Part shown: piece by piece, positions 37,529-50,522 of the stretch
Numbering within the stretch: position 1 is the first letter of the stretch
Layout: each line of letters opens with the position of its first letter
From: Rhizodiscina lignyota
Lineage: Eukaryota
Assembly: GCA_010015805.1 (NCBI GenBank)
Contig: ML978124.1
Span: 124,001 to 188,000 of the forward strand
Reading direction: 5' to 3'
DNA: 64,000 bases
Position numbers and translations under genes: made by a program
The notes under the pieces: generated by a model
Seen by the model: only the letters and a program-made list of their open reading frames with translations
What the model was told of the DNA's origin: nothing
Databases searched by the model: none

Positions 37529-37897
37529 CGGTCGAATCTGCACGCGAGTCTGAGAGATGCAGGATGAACATCTCGAATTAGACTAGTTTCATACCGCGCG
37601 AATTTCAGATGGAAGATGTGTTCACTCCAAAGGACCTTGACCAGTCGTTGTTCGTGCAAGGCGGTGGCATCTTGAAAGTGAAGTACCTCTACATACCAGC
37701 AGGGCATGAATGGGCCAATTCCAGGCTGCTGACTTTTCACATTCTTCTTCGCATGTCGTTCGATTGGCAACGGAGAGTGCGCAGGTAGCCGTTAGAAGCC
37801 ACACATCCACGGCAGAACCCAAACCTCTCAATATATTAATCAAGTTCTGATGACATGCAAAGCCTGGTAGTGTTGACTCCCGTGGATCGAATCAAAA

Positions 37898-39425
37898 CTA
37901 TCGTAATCGCCGCATCTTCGTCTTTGAGTCCCTCTTCACATCTCCAACATATTCGCCTTTTATCTCTCGTCTTATTTGTTCAAGCTGCATCCACTGTGAC
38001 TCAGAAAACATCTCTTTCTGCGGAGTGAGCCTTTCAATCTCTTTCATGGCCCTTTTCCTGTGCCCTGCTCGCATAAAAATTCTGATGTTGAGAATGTGCG
38101 CGTCGCCATAGAATGGTGGAGGATGCGATGCCAATGCGGACCACTGCAATGCCCATATCAGCCGCCATTTGGCTGACCTAGTCACTTGCCTTGAATACCA
38201 CTTGATGAGTTTGTTAAGAAGGGTGTTAGAGAAGATCCGATTCGAGCCAGTTAGCATTCGGGCGAGCCAGCGAGTAACCAGGGTGAAATCCATGCGCTCG
38301 TGCGATCCTGCGCGGAGAAATACTTTATATGCGCCAGGTGTTGTTTTCTGCGCTGCTTCTTTTGGCGTCATTGCATAGAATTTGGCGACAGCATAAGCAG
38401 CTTCTAAATGGCAGGATGCAGCAGCTTTTGTCTCGTACTCGATATACTTCTCCGTGTACACCGGATTGTCGGGGTCCTTCAATTCATACTGGGCCAGCGC
38501 ATGGAATGCTTCGGGATCTCCACCTTCCAAAGCCCCTTTCTCAAAAGACTTGATCGCATTCTCAGTGTCGTTGAACGCGCGAGCATACAGAGCACCCATC
38601 GCAGTATAAGCGCTGTCGACCCCATAATCGGTTGGATCTTCCGACTTCGTGATGATGTCGAGTTGGTCGTCATCCAGCTCCGCATCCCTAAGCATCTCTC
38701 GCCACCTTGTTTTGAAACTTGTAGCTTTTTGGTACAGCGTAAGAGCCTCTTTCAGTTTGCCTTGATCTTCGAACATTTGCGCCTGGAGAACCATGGCTCT
38801 CGGGTCCATCTCACGGACCAAGACAGCGAGGTGGGACAGAGGTGCTTTGAAATGTGCAAGATGTAGCTGATCTCTTCGATGCGCAATTTTGACGAGTTCA
38901 ATGGTTGCATTAGGTTCCTTAGCCGCGGAGCAGGCATGTAGGAGACGGGATCCTAATGATTGCTGCTCTTTGGATATTTGAGATCGGAGAAGCAATCTTG
39001 CAATGCTTGTGAACGCAATCAGCTCGATATTGTTCGCTATATCAACGTCAGTCACCTATATCCTTTCAGGAGAAAGATCGCCGCGTACATTTGGCCAGCT
39101 CTTCAATTGTCTTCCCATCGAACTGCCCCTTTTCCTGCAACGCCTTGTAAATCTCCTCCGCCATGGCTGGACTCGTCTTGAGATAGCCATACTTCGCGGC
39201 AGAGCGGAAGGTTTGCTGGCGAAGACTCTCTCCTCGTGATAGAGCCCCTGCAGCGACGGCTTTAGGCCGATTGACTGCTTCGTATTTGGCAACGGATTTT
39301 TTAACCGCAAATCTTAGACCTGGCTTTCGTTGTGAAATGCTCCTGCGGTGGGGATTCGTCCTGGGGAAATGACGCGTTCCGCCAGCGCGTCTAAGCAGTC
39401 TCCCAGTCGCATTGGGGACGTTCAT
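37898..39425 (-). CDS. Sel1/TPR-like repeat protein, probably mitochondrial (Mss2-like)
   Basis: Arg-rich, acid-free N-terminus from ATG 39425. One intron near 39088-39037. Sel1-like repeats (A..FEKGALEGGDPEAF..LA; KAAASCHLEAAY.VAKFY). Confidence 0.65.
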
Positions 39426-39684
39426 GACGGCTAAGTTCCCGCACAAATTGTGGCACACTGCCGGAGCCAATGCTATAATCGCAGCATTTTTGTGATATCT
39501 GTCAGAGTCGCGTGCTATGAGAAGTTGCGGCGAGATGAGATGAATTCGAACGGGGGATCGGCGTTTCTAGGTCCGAGTCCAAATTTTTTTGGACTTCGCC
39601 GAAAATTGCGTTTGCTCAGTTCCAACGACCGCAGCGCCCATTCTCTAGAGAATTGCGAAATCACCAACTTCACCAGTGCTCATC

Positions 39685-40992
39685 ATGGTGACGACTAGGT
39701 CTTCTGACCACAAAAATGACGTCTCTGCCACACCCGACAAGATGAAGAGCGGCGAGCTTGACAACCAAAAACCCCATGTGCTTCGGCAAAGGAATACGAA
39801 TCAATCATCAGAGATGGAGAATGACTTACAAAACTCTGCCAAACGAAGTCTACAAGCCGATGAAGATACTCCTGCGACGAAGAGGAGGAGACCGAACTGG
39901 AAGGGCAAGAAAGAAACAGCCCCAGCAGAAGAAGCCAACGAGGAGGATGCTGGTGCGGAGAGCGACAACAAACACGCAATTGGAGGAGATGTGATGGGAA
40001 CTCCTGGTCAAGAGGGCGAATATTCAATCTATGAGACGCCTGCTACTCGACCGCAAAGTTCAGTTTATGCAACGCCTGCCACGCATTTGGCAAAGCCTGG
40101 GTCTTCAGCCACTGCGACACCACCTGCTTCACATATTCCCAAAAACCGCTCACAGAAAGGCACGAAAAGCAAGAGTGGCGCTCAGAACAGCATCCTTTCG
40201 ACCGCGAAAAAGGCGAACGCATTTGTACCGACGCCGAAAGCAACCCACATCCGCTTCGACAGCGAAGAATCCGAATCCTTACCTCCTACAAACGCCGATC
40301 CTCATGAACCGCTACTGAATAATGATAACGAAGAGGAGCCTGAGTCTGAATCCGAGGATGACGAAGCCCCAGAAGCCATCACAAACGCTTCAGCCATCCA
40401 ATCCGCCCGCACCTTCGACGCTGGAGCGTCCAGAGCCGTAGCAGCACAGCGCGCTGCTACACGCACAAAACGGAAGGATAGAGATACAGTACTGAAGTCA
40501 CAAGCAAAGGAGGCTGGTAACAAAGGCCGGAAAAGGAGACAGCAGGAAGAGGAGGAAGATGACAGCGACGTCGAAGAGATTCCAAGGACTGACCTCGACG
40601 ATGATGCACAAACAGCATATATCTCCCTCTCGAGCATCCCCAATCTCTTGCCACAGGAACTTCTCGATGCCGCACCAGAAGTAAGGCCACTATCTCCACC
40701 TCCACTAGCACTCTCGACTACTACATCGAAACCGGACAAGCTTGACCTCCTCAATCCGAAACGACCAAAAGATGTGAAGCGCGGGCCTGTCAAGGTGCGA
40801 GTGCTACAGGATTCCAATCCTCTGCTTGCGCCCAAAGCGGACAGAAAGACAGGCACAGTACGGGAGGCAAGAGAGACGTGGATGATGGGTAGGGCTGGCA
40901 CAGGCGGCAAGATGAAAGGAGTTGTCGGAACGGGCAAGATGGAGCGACGAGCTGTTGGCAGTGCTAGTGGAAAAGGATTTCTGAGGAAATAG
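39685..40992 (+). CDS. U3 snoRNA-associated protein (Bud21/Utp16-like)
   Basis: MVTTRS start, HIRFDSE, acidic EDDEAPEA, LLPQELL, KRGPVKVRVL, LAPK..RETWMMGR. Confidence 0.7.
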   Translation: MVTTRSSDHKNDVSATPDKMKSGELDNQKPHVLRQRNTNQSSEMENDLQNSAKRSLQADEDTPATKRRRPNWKGKKETAPAEEANEEDAGAESDNKHAIGGDVMGTPGQEGEYSIYETPATRPQSSVYATPATHLAKPGSSATATPPASHIPKNRSQKGTKSKSGAQNSILSTAKKANAFVPTPKATHIRFDSEESESLPPTNADPHEPLLNNDNEEEPESESEDDEAPEAITNASAIQSARTFDAGASRAVAAQRAATRTKRKDRDTVLKSQAKEAGNKGRKRRQQEEEEDDSDVEEIPRTDLDDDAQTAYISLSSIPNLLPQELLDAAPEVRPLSPPPLALSTTTSKPDKLDLLNPKRPKDVKRGPVKVRVLQDSNPLLAPKADRKTGTVREARETWMMGRAGTGGKMKGVVGTGKMERRAVGSASGKGFLRK

Positions 40993-41325
40993 CACTTGCG
41001 ATTCTCAAATCCACGTTGAATGAAGAAATGTTCAGATGATAGCTTTTCATTCCGTATCGCAATGCATGATCATGACAAGTCTTAACCTATTGATACACCC
41101 AAAGGACCGCCCTGTTTCCTGTGAACTTGCCAAAACGCCCATATCAACTAGGGCGAGTGTGGTAAAGCACGGTACCACTCGCGCGCACTTCTAGGTACGA
41201 CCACTCCTCGCGAAAGCAGCGCACGTACTGCTTCTCGTGGTTGCACCACACACACACTTCACCAAACTGATTCACATTCGGCGTCCTCACTGCTTGGCCG
41301 GGAATATGGCGTCGCAGCTGCCGAT

Positions 41326-42412
41326 TCAGCGGTTGACCGCTGTAAACCCACTGCTCGCCGCCTGGGAAGACTCGCCATCCGGGTGGGGGTCTGTTGCACT
41401 CCCATTAGCCACGCTGCTTCTCGCCGTATCTCTTGCTTCCATTCTGTGGTCTTCGCCGTCTTCCTCACGCGATTCTGCCCGCTCATACCTTGCCACTCCG
41501 CCTGCTTCCAGTGCTGCTATCTCCGCTTGCGTTGGGTCCGGCGGACCGTTCCGGTAGTGCGCGGGACTTGACTGCGCATCTGGGTGGAGCGGCGCGGGAG
41601 GTGAGTACTGCGCTGATGCAGGCTGGATGGGCTGGAAGCTGCCATGGGGAAGGGGGCCGGATGCACTGGGCGCGATGGGAGGCAGGCCGGTGGGTCGAGG
41701 GACGCTGGCGGCATCGAAGTAGGAGTGGTCAGGGTGTGGGTGAGCGTTTGAGGAGATTGGTGCGGGGAGGATGACGGATGAGGCAGGAGTAATGGTTGTC
41801 ATGCCCGCCTGTGGAGGGGGTGTGGTCTTGCGGTGTGTGCGTTTGGAGCGGAGGGGTTTGTCCTGAGGCTATCCGCATCATGCATCAGCACATCTTGCCA
41901 ATTGTATAAATGGAAACGAAAAGCTTGATATTGATGGATCGTACCGTTGGAGGTGGACTTGTACTCCGATCACTCTCGTCCACATTGTAGTCCATCCGCT
42001 TCTGCACCTGTTCTAGCAAGAATGCGCGCTCGAGCCGCATCTTCAATATCTGCCGGTTGATGCGAATCTTGCGCAGCCGTGCTTGGTCATTGCTATCTTC
42101 GATTTCGTTGATGCGGCGCTTCAATTCGATGCATTTTCGGTAGTATGCTGTTTCGACGGAGGGAGGAAGTGGCGAGTTTTGGGTGCCACGAAGGGCTGCC
42201 TCTATATAAATTGTCAACCGTCATCTCAAACGCATGAGGAGTGATTTAAGTGCCTATCTCTTCCGGTGCGTAACGAGGTGTCGGCATGGTGCGACGCTTT
42301 GCTTGATGGGCAGCTGGCAGAGGTAAAGTACTTGAAATGATACGAATTCTGGGATTATGGGGTGCAGAAAGCGGGAGAAGCCTCTCTTACCTGGTTGGCC
42401 TGATGACGGCAT
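41326..42412 (-). CDS. INO80-complex subunit, Nhp10/INO80F-like coiled-coil protein, multi-exon
   Basis: PPSVETAYYRKCIELKRR..RLERAFLLEQ..SPPPTPQDKPLRSKR, and C-terminal GFTAVNR. Confidence 0.7.
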
Positions 42413-42984
42413 GTTTGCGATCACGCGTGCAACATGCGATGGAAGTATGCGTTGAGTCTTGAACGCTGTGAAGAACACTCGGTGGTGAATGTAGAGCGAC
42501 GTTGACGTTCACGCGCTGAGCAAACGCGCCAAGACCGGTGAAATCCCGGCAGAAATCCGGCAGTGGCGCTCACACCCCTGCGCGGGCCGGCTCTGAGGTG
42601 AGCACCAGGGGCACAATGCCACAACCACCACCCAATTGCGCCGTCGTCATTTCCTAAACAAGATATCCTTACTCTTGAAGGCAGTGCGATTGGGGCTCGG
42701 CTCGACAGTAAATTTTCCAAGCGTAACTTCCGCATCACACACCTAAGAATGAAGCTACGATCAGGCTACCGTCGGGTCTCCTCGCAGGAATTCAGGTCAC
42801 ATTGCAGGTGCAGTTCCGACAACCTGCAGGTGCAGATTGGATTGGTTAGCGAGCGGAGCAGGCGCGAATCCGATAACTCACTTTTGTATTTTCTGTTGTT
42901 CCACAGATTGTACCATTCTCTAAGTACATGTTTGATCTCATTGCCGCATTGAACTTCTCCGTCGAACTCGTCTTCTTGTTGAAG

Positions 42985-43545
42985 ATGCATTTACTCTCTC
43001 TGCTTCCCCTTTTCCTCTTGTCCTGCCTTTCGAGCGCCAATGCGCAAGGCTTAAACGTGACTGCGATCTCCGCATCCGGTGGTCACTCAGTCCTTGAATG
43101 CTGGTCTCTGTCCGCACCTCCGTTGTCCTTCGCTGGAGCCTCCAACTACCCAATTGGCAATTACGAGGGTAGCTACGTCGGTGTCATTGCACCAAGGACG
43201 CATATTGGACAAGCTTGGGCGATGCATCCACAGCATGGCTCCCTTTTCCACAACGTGTCGATTGTACAGTAGCTAACATTGTCACCCAGATTTTCGATCT
43301 TCCTGTCTGGCCTCGTACACATCCGCCTCCCCGACTCTCGACATGAGGCCTGGGTCCAAGGCGGCAAGTACGGCATCATAATCGCGGCGGACACGAAGAA
43401 CCTCTCGATGACTGGACATGTGACAGACTTCCCTGGCAACGACGAGACGGTGATTGCGGAGTTGCCATTTGCGGGAGGTATGGTTCCTGACCATGAGGTT
43501 CTGTACGCCGGTCCGTGCAAGATGAAAGATTTGATCGGTATCTGA
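42985..43545 (+). CDS. Small secreted cupin-like protein
   Basis: Signal peptide, LNVTAI..SVLECW, Q-FSIFLSG, IIAADT..GH.T.FPG..ET..PF..G..P.H.VL..GPC. Needs intron 43233-43289 (GC-AG). Confidence 0.8.
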
Positions 43546-43984
43546 ATGTCTGGAAGAGGCCTAAGCAAGCGAGAAGGAGCGTCAAGGCTGAGAGCACTGC
43601 AGTGAGAATATCTACTATAGTGGTTTCTGCAGGTGGATGAGACGATGCAGTGTAAATGGTGTTAACGATGTTTGAATCGTTGCGTAGATGCAGAGCCTGA
43701 TTAGAGCAGAGGCACGTCGAGTTGATACGATTGTTCCGCCGTAATGGTGCCATTTATGAGGTAGGAAAATAGAGATGAAGATAAGACTCTATTATAATTA
43801 ACTGAAGAATCATCTCATAATCGTCGCTTGTTTGAACTTCGCCGAGTATATATGTGGTATTTGGAGAATCACTGCCATGAGGCATGTCAAGAGCATAATA
43901 ACCTTAATAGGTTATTTTCTCGCCACTTTTAATTCAGAGGCATACAGTCGATAAAACGTTTTGAGTGCTAACCACCAACTACAG

Positions 43985-44223
43985 GCGGCACGAAACAAGA
44001 AAACACCAACATCGATTTAAATGCACCCGTTCCGCATTGTGAGAGCCAAGCATTTGGGTTGAAGGAAGACTTGAAGCGACATCGGCGCAATTGCCATTCA
44101 GATCTGTTTCCGACCCCTTCATTTCCTTGCGAAGAAATCGATTGTCTGGCAAAAGGATTGGCGTTCCCAAGGCGAGATAATCTTCTAAGGCATATGAGAC
44201 AGAAGCACGGAAAGCACGTCTAA
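43985..44223 (+). pseudogene. Orphan, frameshifted C2H2 zinc-finger terminal exon (absent from the ORF track)
   Basis: After GCTAAC..ACAG the frame reads RHETRKHQHRFKC[+1 A at 44025]PVPHCESQAFGLKEDLKRHRRNCH..FPCEEIDC..FPRRDNLLRHMRQKH..stop 44221-44223. Confidence 0.75.
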
Positions 44224-44617
44224 GTACAATCGGATTGGTCACTTTGGGGGTATTGAAGCTGAGATATCGTCTATGGATTGTTTTATCGATAACATTTCTA
44301 GACCCCTAGCTTTCTAATTGGTTTTCGGAGGGTTTTGTCTTTGCATCTCGTAGGCATTCCCTTCTTCTCGGCTTCCTTCTGTATGTCAGACTTTTGGGGC
44401 GTTGGTAGAGCTCGGCAATGGGATCGCACCTTCACGCGGTGCCGGGTGCCAGTAACATTCCCCTAAGGAGGCAAGTGGAACTAAGACGATTCCATTATAC
44501 AACTTTTGAAGATTAACCAAAGCGTTAAGCCGTTAAACTTGAACAACGGAGGTACGCAGATTGTTCTGAGTTTACCAGGTGCCATGAAAACATGTTTCTA
44601 CCGAACGGTAGTACTTA

Positions 44618-46593
44618 TCAATACAAGGCGACCGTAACTTCTGGAGCGCCAACATCCAAAGCCTGCCCGTCCATGACTCCATGCAAATAACAGTCACCAA
44701 TGAAGTTGTATGCCTCTGATCGACTACCTTGCTTCACATTCGTGACCGGCCGAAGAACGAACGGTATCCTTCCTCCAAGTAAAACCCAGACCTGGTCCCC
44801 GGCCTCCATCCCCGGCGGCCCAGTTCCAAATCTATCTTCCTCTGTAAGAAAAAAACAACGATTGTCCAGAGAACAACAGACGACGCCTGCAAATTCCATC
44901 TTGGTGTGATATACTGATGGATTTGGCCCTGCAACAGTTGCAGCCTGAAGCCTGAATCTCTCAAACTCTTCGTAGTCATCATCTGAAAGTCTACGGTAAT
45001 CGTTTGTGTCATACAAGTAGACGATGTCCGAAATAACCGTACGCCAGAACATGTCGTACCTGCTGTCGTATCCGGCGCCAGTTGCTTTTGTCTGACGCTT
45101 TGGCACATTTGCCATTTCAGCCAGCTCTGAGAGAGCCTTTGACGCTTCAGTCCAAGTGTCCATCCTCTTGGAGGCGCTCACATCCGTCACAACTCCAACT
45201 TTAACGCCGCTAAGATGGAAGATACCGCCGTCTTCGAAAGTTTTCTTAGCCGACGTGTTTTTGGCAGCCTGATAGCGCGGGTATTGGTATGCGAAACGGA
45301 AGTGCTGCCTACGTTGCAAGGTGATGTCCAGAGGAATGGCAAAGTTGGGAACCCAGGAGGGCAGACCGGCATGGTTCGAATTGAAACTACAGCCAAGCAT
45401 AGCGTGCAAATCTCCGTCAGAATATTCTTCAATCATCGATTGAAAAACATTTGTGTACGCCTCCCTGAGTTGTAATGAGTAGTCCGGATTGATTCCAAGA
45501 CGGTTGCCGTACGAAAATAGACCCAGCATGCCGTATACACGATCTCGAGGATCGTGGCACTCCCTTCCGACGAAGGCGATTTGAGTTGATCTAAACTTGG
45601 GTCCGGTCGCATTCGTAGGACGAGGCTTGCGGGCAAAAGAAATATTTCCAACTGCGTCGAAAAGCTGGTGGATTGCAAGATAGACTTCCCCCATGAGTTT
45701 ATTACGAGACTTGACACAGCAACCTGAAGTATTGATCTCGTGAGAAGTGGAATTTTCGTCAGCATCTACCATATCCTTCCACGGAATCGTCCAATGTCCA
45801 AATATAACGGTGGCTTCTGAGGAGAGCACAACCTCTTGAAGCGTCCAGACTCTTCTCCACCATGAGCTATTTGCGACGATACCAAAACCCTTCCAGATTG
45901 GGAGGCTCTTTAATCTCTCGACACATTCCTCATCCGTGTCATCAAATTTCGGAGAAAAGCAAGGCAGCTCGTACCAGTGCTTGTTCTGGGCAAAGTGGGA
46001 AACGAGTTCAAACGGATTCGAATTTTGGTCATCTGCGGGAGAGGAAGAGATATTCAATCAGCCCAGACGTATCAAACAAATAATTGAATGACGGTGAATC
46101 TCCATGGTATATACTTACACATCTTGAGCACATATTCATTCGGATCTCTTTGGTTTCTTTCGAAATACTCGCTCGGACAGCCCAGCCAAATATAACAATG
46201 AGTACAGCTCCTGTATATTTCTGCCATCATAGCTACTTGATGAGTTTTCTCGGCCACATCTTCCTGATTAATGCACAAAGCGTCGATCCAGAGTACAAGT
46301 GGCCGATCTATGCGGCGAATATGTCGAAGAGCCGCCTCGAGGTTCGCAGTCGCGCGACACTCGTTCGAATTGACGAAGATCGGTTTCGTTATGCTTGCAT
46401 CTCCCCAAGTATAAGAGAAAGCTTCATACTTGGGTTTTGAATCCAAAGAAACGACACGGATATCGCACTGTATGTCCTCCTCCCATCTCCCAAGGTGCAA
46501 ATTAAGAAGCCGGATATCTCTACTGCCCTTTGTGATTGGTTCCTGGTAAAAGGATACTCCAGGCTGGATTGTTTGAGAATTCACTAAAGGCAT
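44618..46593 (-). CDS. HET-domain protein (HET-6-like heterokaryon incompatibility family), 2 exons
   Basis: IRLL, YEAFSYTWG, LWIDALCINQ, QVAMMAEIY, WWRRVWTLQE, DPRDRVYGMLG, LPSWVPNF, GD.VWVLLGG..PFVLR, FIGDCYLHGVMDG. Intron 46118-46033 restores the frame. Confidence 0.93.
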
Positions 46594-47406
46594 CCTGTTC
46601 AAATAAATCTGCCAGGTTTTGGAAAAGCGAGTGGAATTTTTAGGACAGCCTTGAAAGCAGCCTCGAGAGTCCAAAGCAGTCTTGGTTTGCGTCTCCAGTC
46701 GCCCCTAGCGGAGATGGAGCTGGAACACAGGAAAAACTAAGGCCGTAAATGATTTGACGAGCATTCCGTAGCATGCTATATTAGAGGTATAGAGAAAACG
46801 TAGTTGAAGAAGAGAAGTTCTCAGCCTCGTCTTTCGTCTCTACCGCAATCCCACAGCGTGTCCCAAAGCGGTTAGCGCAAATAATCCCAAAGGCAACTGG
46901 AGGCATCCACGCCTTTCTTAGTCTCATCTCCTTCAGCTTCAATTCTTGTAGATTTAATATCGTTACACATTTCCTACCTGTGATTTCATTCTTGTAAGAA
47001 ATGCGTCGTGCCAAAGAATGAGAGGGAATTCCGGAGACAATACCGTAATGTATCTATCGAGGTTTAATCGATCTGATTAAAGCCTTGCTTCCAAGGAGCG
47101 ACAGACGAAGTTGATCAGTAGAGCTGCCCACTTTATTGATCTAAGACCTCTTAAATGGGTACTATCCTGCGATGCATCAATTCCCTTGCTTCAACCCTCG
47201 GCACCTCGGAGATTGAAGTCTAACTCCGTGACCCGTTGTTCTCGGGTCTTCCGATACACTTGATGGGATGGAGTCGGGATAAGTCAACTATCTTGATTTC
47301 AAAGATCAGTGTGGGGCATTCAAGCTCTAAAATTCCTGGAGTTCACAAAGTTTAAGGGTGTGGCTGAGCTGTAACGCCTGTGGAGATACACCAACACCAT
47401 TCCACT

Positions 47407-47901
47407 ATGTCTTCAGTCCTCGCCAAGACCGCTCTCGCCGTACTTGCTGGCTTCGAGACTCTCGACGCAGACGCGCTCGTAGCAAGTCGCGCACCAAACT
47501 GTATTCAGACCTGGGCTCCCTCTTCTTGTAACCCGCCTCAGCCGAGAGACAATGCCCAATTCGCTGCGCACGTCGCTGGATTGAAATCTGTTATGAAAGG
47601 CTTTCCGGTCCACGCCAAGGAGGTATTCGAGAGCGAGAAGGAGAAGCGAGTTGTCGTTTGGGCCACCAGCCAAGCTATGTTCCATGATGAGCTCAAGGAT
47701 AGTTCGTTTACTGAGGAAGAGTGGGACTACCGGGGCGAGTACATCTTCATGTTCCATATGGATGCGAGCGGGGAGAAGATTGAGAAGGTCTTCGAGTTTC
47801 TCGATAGTAAAGGCACAGAGAGACTGAGAAAGCTCATAGCGAGGGCGAGGGAAAATCGGGCAAAGCTGGGTAAGACGGAAGCAGAGCCGGAATGGAAGTG
47901 A
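47407..47901 (+). CDS. NTF2/SnoaL-like protein (AusH/Trt14-like family)
   Basis: 164 aa; RAPNC....PSS, VVVWA, Y.GEYIFMF.MD.SGEKI..V.EF.DS. Confidence 0.75.
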   Translation: MSSVLAKTALAVLAGFETLDADALVASRAPNCIQTWAPSSCNPPQPRDNAQFAAHVAGLKSVMKGFPVHAKEVFESEKEKRVVVWATSQAMFHDELKDSSFTEEEWDYRGEYIFMFHMDASGEKIEKVFEFLDSKGTERLRKLIARARENRAKLGKTEAEPEWK

Positions 47902-48161
47902 GGATTAAGGAGTGCCCTTGACGGACTTGATATTTTTCGGAGACAATTGAGACTAAGGTATCTTGACAATGAAATGCCAGAAGAGATGTATGTATCACCC
48001 AGATGCACTAAATGACACGCATATGTGCTTCAGAACGCCTCTCCACCCACCCACCCATCCGATTCTCAATGTGCGGGACGAGAAGATTCGACAGAATCGC
48101 GGTACGAAGAACTGTAAAGGTGTTGCACTTCGTCAATCCTACACAACCCTGAGAAAGAAAA

Positions 48162-49379
48162 CTAAGCACCGCGAGAGAAAGGCTCGTACGCCAAATTGAT
48201 GTCTCGAGTCGCCCTTCCTCCGACTGACTGCATCTGAATACCCCTCGGTCCATCATGTGCATATCCTTGCGGCTCATGCTCTTCATCGTGCTCATGAATG
48301 ACGTTTCCTTGCACACCGTCTGCTTGGAACAAGAGCTCGCGGTCGTCGTCGGCACTGCCGCGGCGGCTGTGCGCACCAGTTGCGACGACTTTTGGCTGTC
48401 TCTCAATCTGAGTGTATCGCGCTGCGCCGAACGTCGGGATGCGCTGGAGCACTGCAGAGAAAGGAGTCTTTCGCGATGCAGCAGCTTGTCCCTTTTCTGG
48501 CTCGATATCTCTGGTCGACAGTTGAAGCTTGCGTGTGCCGGAGTTACTTCTCGGTGCCCTTGGCCTTCTTTGCCTGGCGGATCGGGATCGGAAGACCAGG
48601 ATCAGGGAGACGGCGAGAGCCAAGAACGTTGCGATAAAGCTGACAACGATTGTCTTGCTTCCGAAACTAGCATCGATACCATTTTTGCGGAATGCAGAAT
48701 TTATTTCGTTGGCGAGCTTCGAGAAAATGATTGGCTCGGTAATGGAAGCAGCGAGGAGTAGGACACTGGCGAGGAAGGCCAGAACAGCACTGAATATGCC
48801 AACGGCAGCTTTGCGAGACGCAAAGCATCCAGTTATCATTGCGAGGAACAACAGGACGACTGAGGCATAGTATGCGCCTCCCATGAATGGAGAGATTGAC
48901 TTGTAGGAGTTGGTCGCACTCAGTAGCCCGGAAGGAAATGAGCCTTGGAGGGCCGTTTTCTGCAAGTGGAGATCCGAAACTGGGTTGAAGTGGAAGCCAA
49001 TTTTTGGCGAAGTGCAGTTCTGCTTGTGGCCATATTCGGAGCAGGCAGCTAGAAGGCCAACAGTGTATGAGTCGCCGATTCCGAGTGATCCCTTGGTGGC
49101 ACCCCTTCCAACCCAATCGGTACCAGTCAAGATGTAGAGATCATTCAAGATGGTCGCGTTGGAGAGCTTGGAGGGAACATCCAGCCATTGTATGTTAATC
49201 TATCGGATCAGTTAATATGGGCTACTTCTGATGGGGAACCTGAATGCGCAAACCTTGAGAAAATAAAAGTCCGTGAGCAGATGGGGATGCGATCCAGCTA
49301 TCACAACAATGACAATGAGAATGATCGAGATCAATGAGAGTGCGAAGGAAATGATGTTTGAAAACACGTGCCCGGCCAT
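48162..49379 (-). CDS. SUR7/PalI-family 4-TM membrane protein
   Basis: N-terminal TM, DFYFLK, LGIGDSYTVGL...C...C extracellular loop, three further TM helices and a polar tail. One intron near 49253-49200. Confidence 0.8.
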
Positions 49380-50522
49380 ATTGAACTGATTTTCAGGGTC
49401 CAAGGTGGTGGAATCGGACTTCGCTCAGAGACGCGCCTCAACGCGGAGCCAAGGCATATAAGAGAGCGAAGACATGGCGTTTGCTGTCAAGACATGGGTA
49501 AATGAAAAGCTGCAAACACGCCGACCCCCGTGCCGTCCCAACTGGGATGCTGACGTGAGAGAGGCGGAGAGTTGAAGGCTCGCTTGACGAGCTGGATCAA
49601 ACTATCAGGAGGCGCTGAGAAGCATGTACTGTCGGCCGGCGCTAGATGGGTGAAGCTGAGATGTGAGTGGCCCCATCGAGTGTCCATGTCCTACATAGAG
49701 GCAATGGTTGAATCATGCTGGCCAGTCGTCGAATACGAGAGGGTCAAAATAAGACGTGGTTACTCAGCGAGATAACCTTAATTTTAAGCTCGACCCCACG
49801 GGCCATGGGGCGGGTTTTCAGGGGACAATGGACAATGGACAATGGACGTTCACCGCCGCACTATACTCTCACACGTCCCCGCGTCTGCTCCAGCCTCCAG
49901 CGACTGCGCTTCATTTCAAGCCTGCATGGTCGCAGACAGAACAGTTCGCCAATAGTGCGAAATCACGGAAATCTGTAGCATCTCCGTGAGATGAGACGGT
50001 ATGCGCGAGCCAGGGCGCCCGCCCCCAAAAATAGGTCTTCATACGCACCCCGGACAACGCCGCACCTGGACATAAGCCATCAGCCTTGGAAATCAGCACT
50101 TATGCCGTCTGCTCGCTCTATAATCCATATTGACGCCAGGAGACATCCGAACACGAAACAGCAAATCCGGGAGTTTCCCATCGGGGCGCTAGGCTCAGCG
50201 GGTGTCAGCATCTCGACTCGCTGGCCACGCGAGCGAGGCGCGAGAGAGGCTGCAACGCAATCTGGAATTGAAGCCAGCCCCTGCCCCCAACGGTGGCATT
50301 GCTCACTCTCGCGCGGAAAACCCCATGACACTTATGGCGCTGAATGCAGGGCCGGAGCTAAGACTCGACAAGCACCTTAGCGGCCAGCCGTCCAGCCCTG
50401 GGCGGCGAAAAAAAATATATGTATTACTACCCGCCAAGGTAGGTTGTGAGCTTCAGTGCTGGCGTCCTTGCTGTCGCATCATCTCTTGTTTCTCTGTTTC
50501 TCCATCTTTTCGTCTTGTCAAA

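Noticed and set aside
46033..46118. Apparent split of the HET gene into two ORFs
   Set aside because: Explained by a canonical GTAAGT..GCTGAT..CAG intron that restores the frame.
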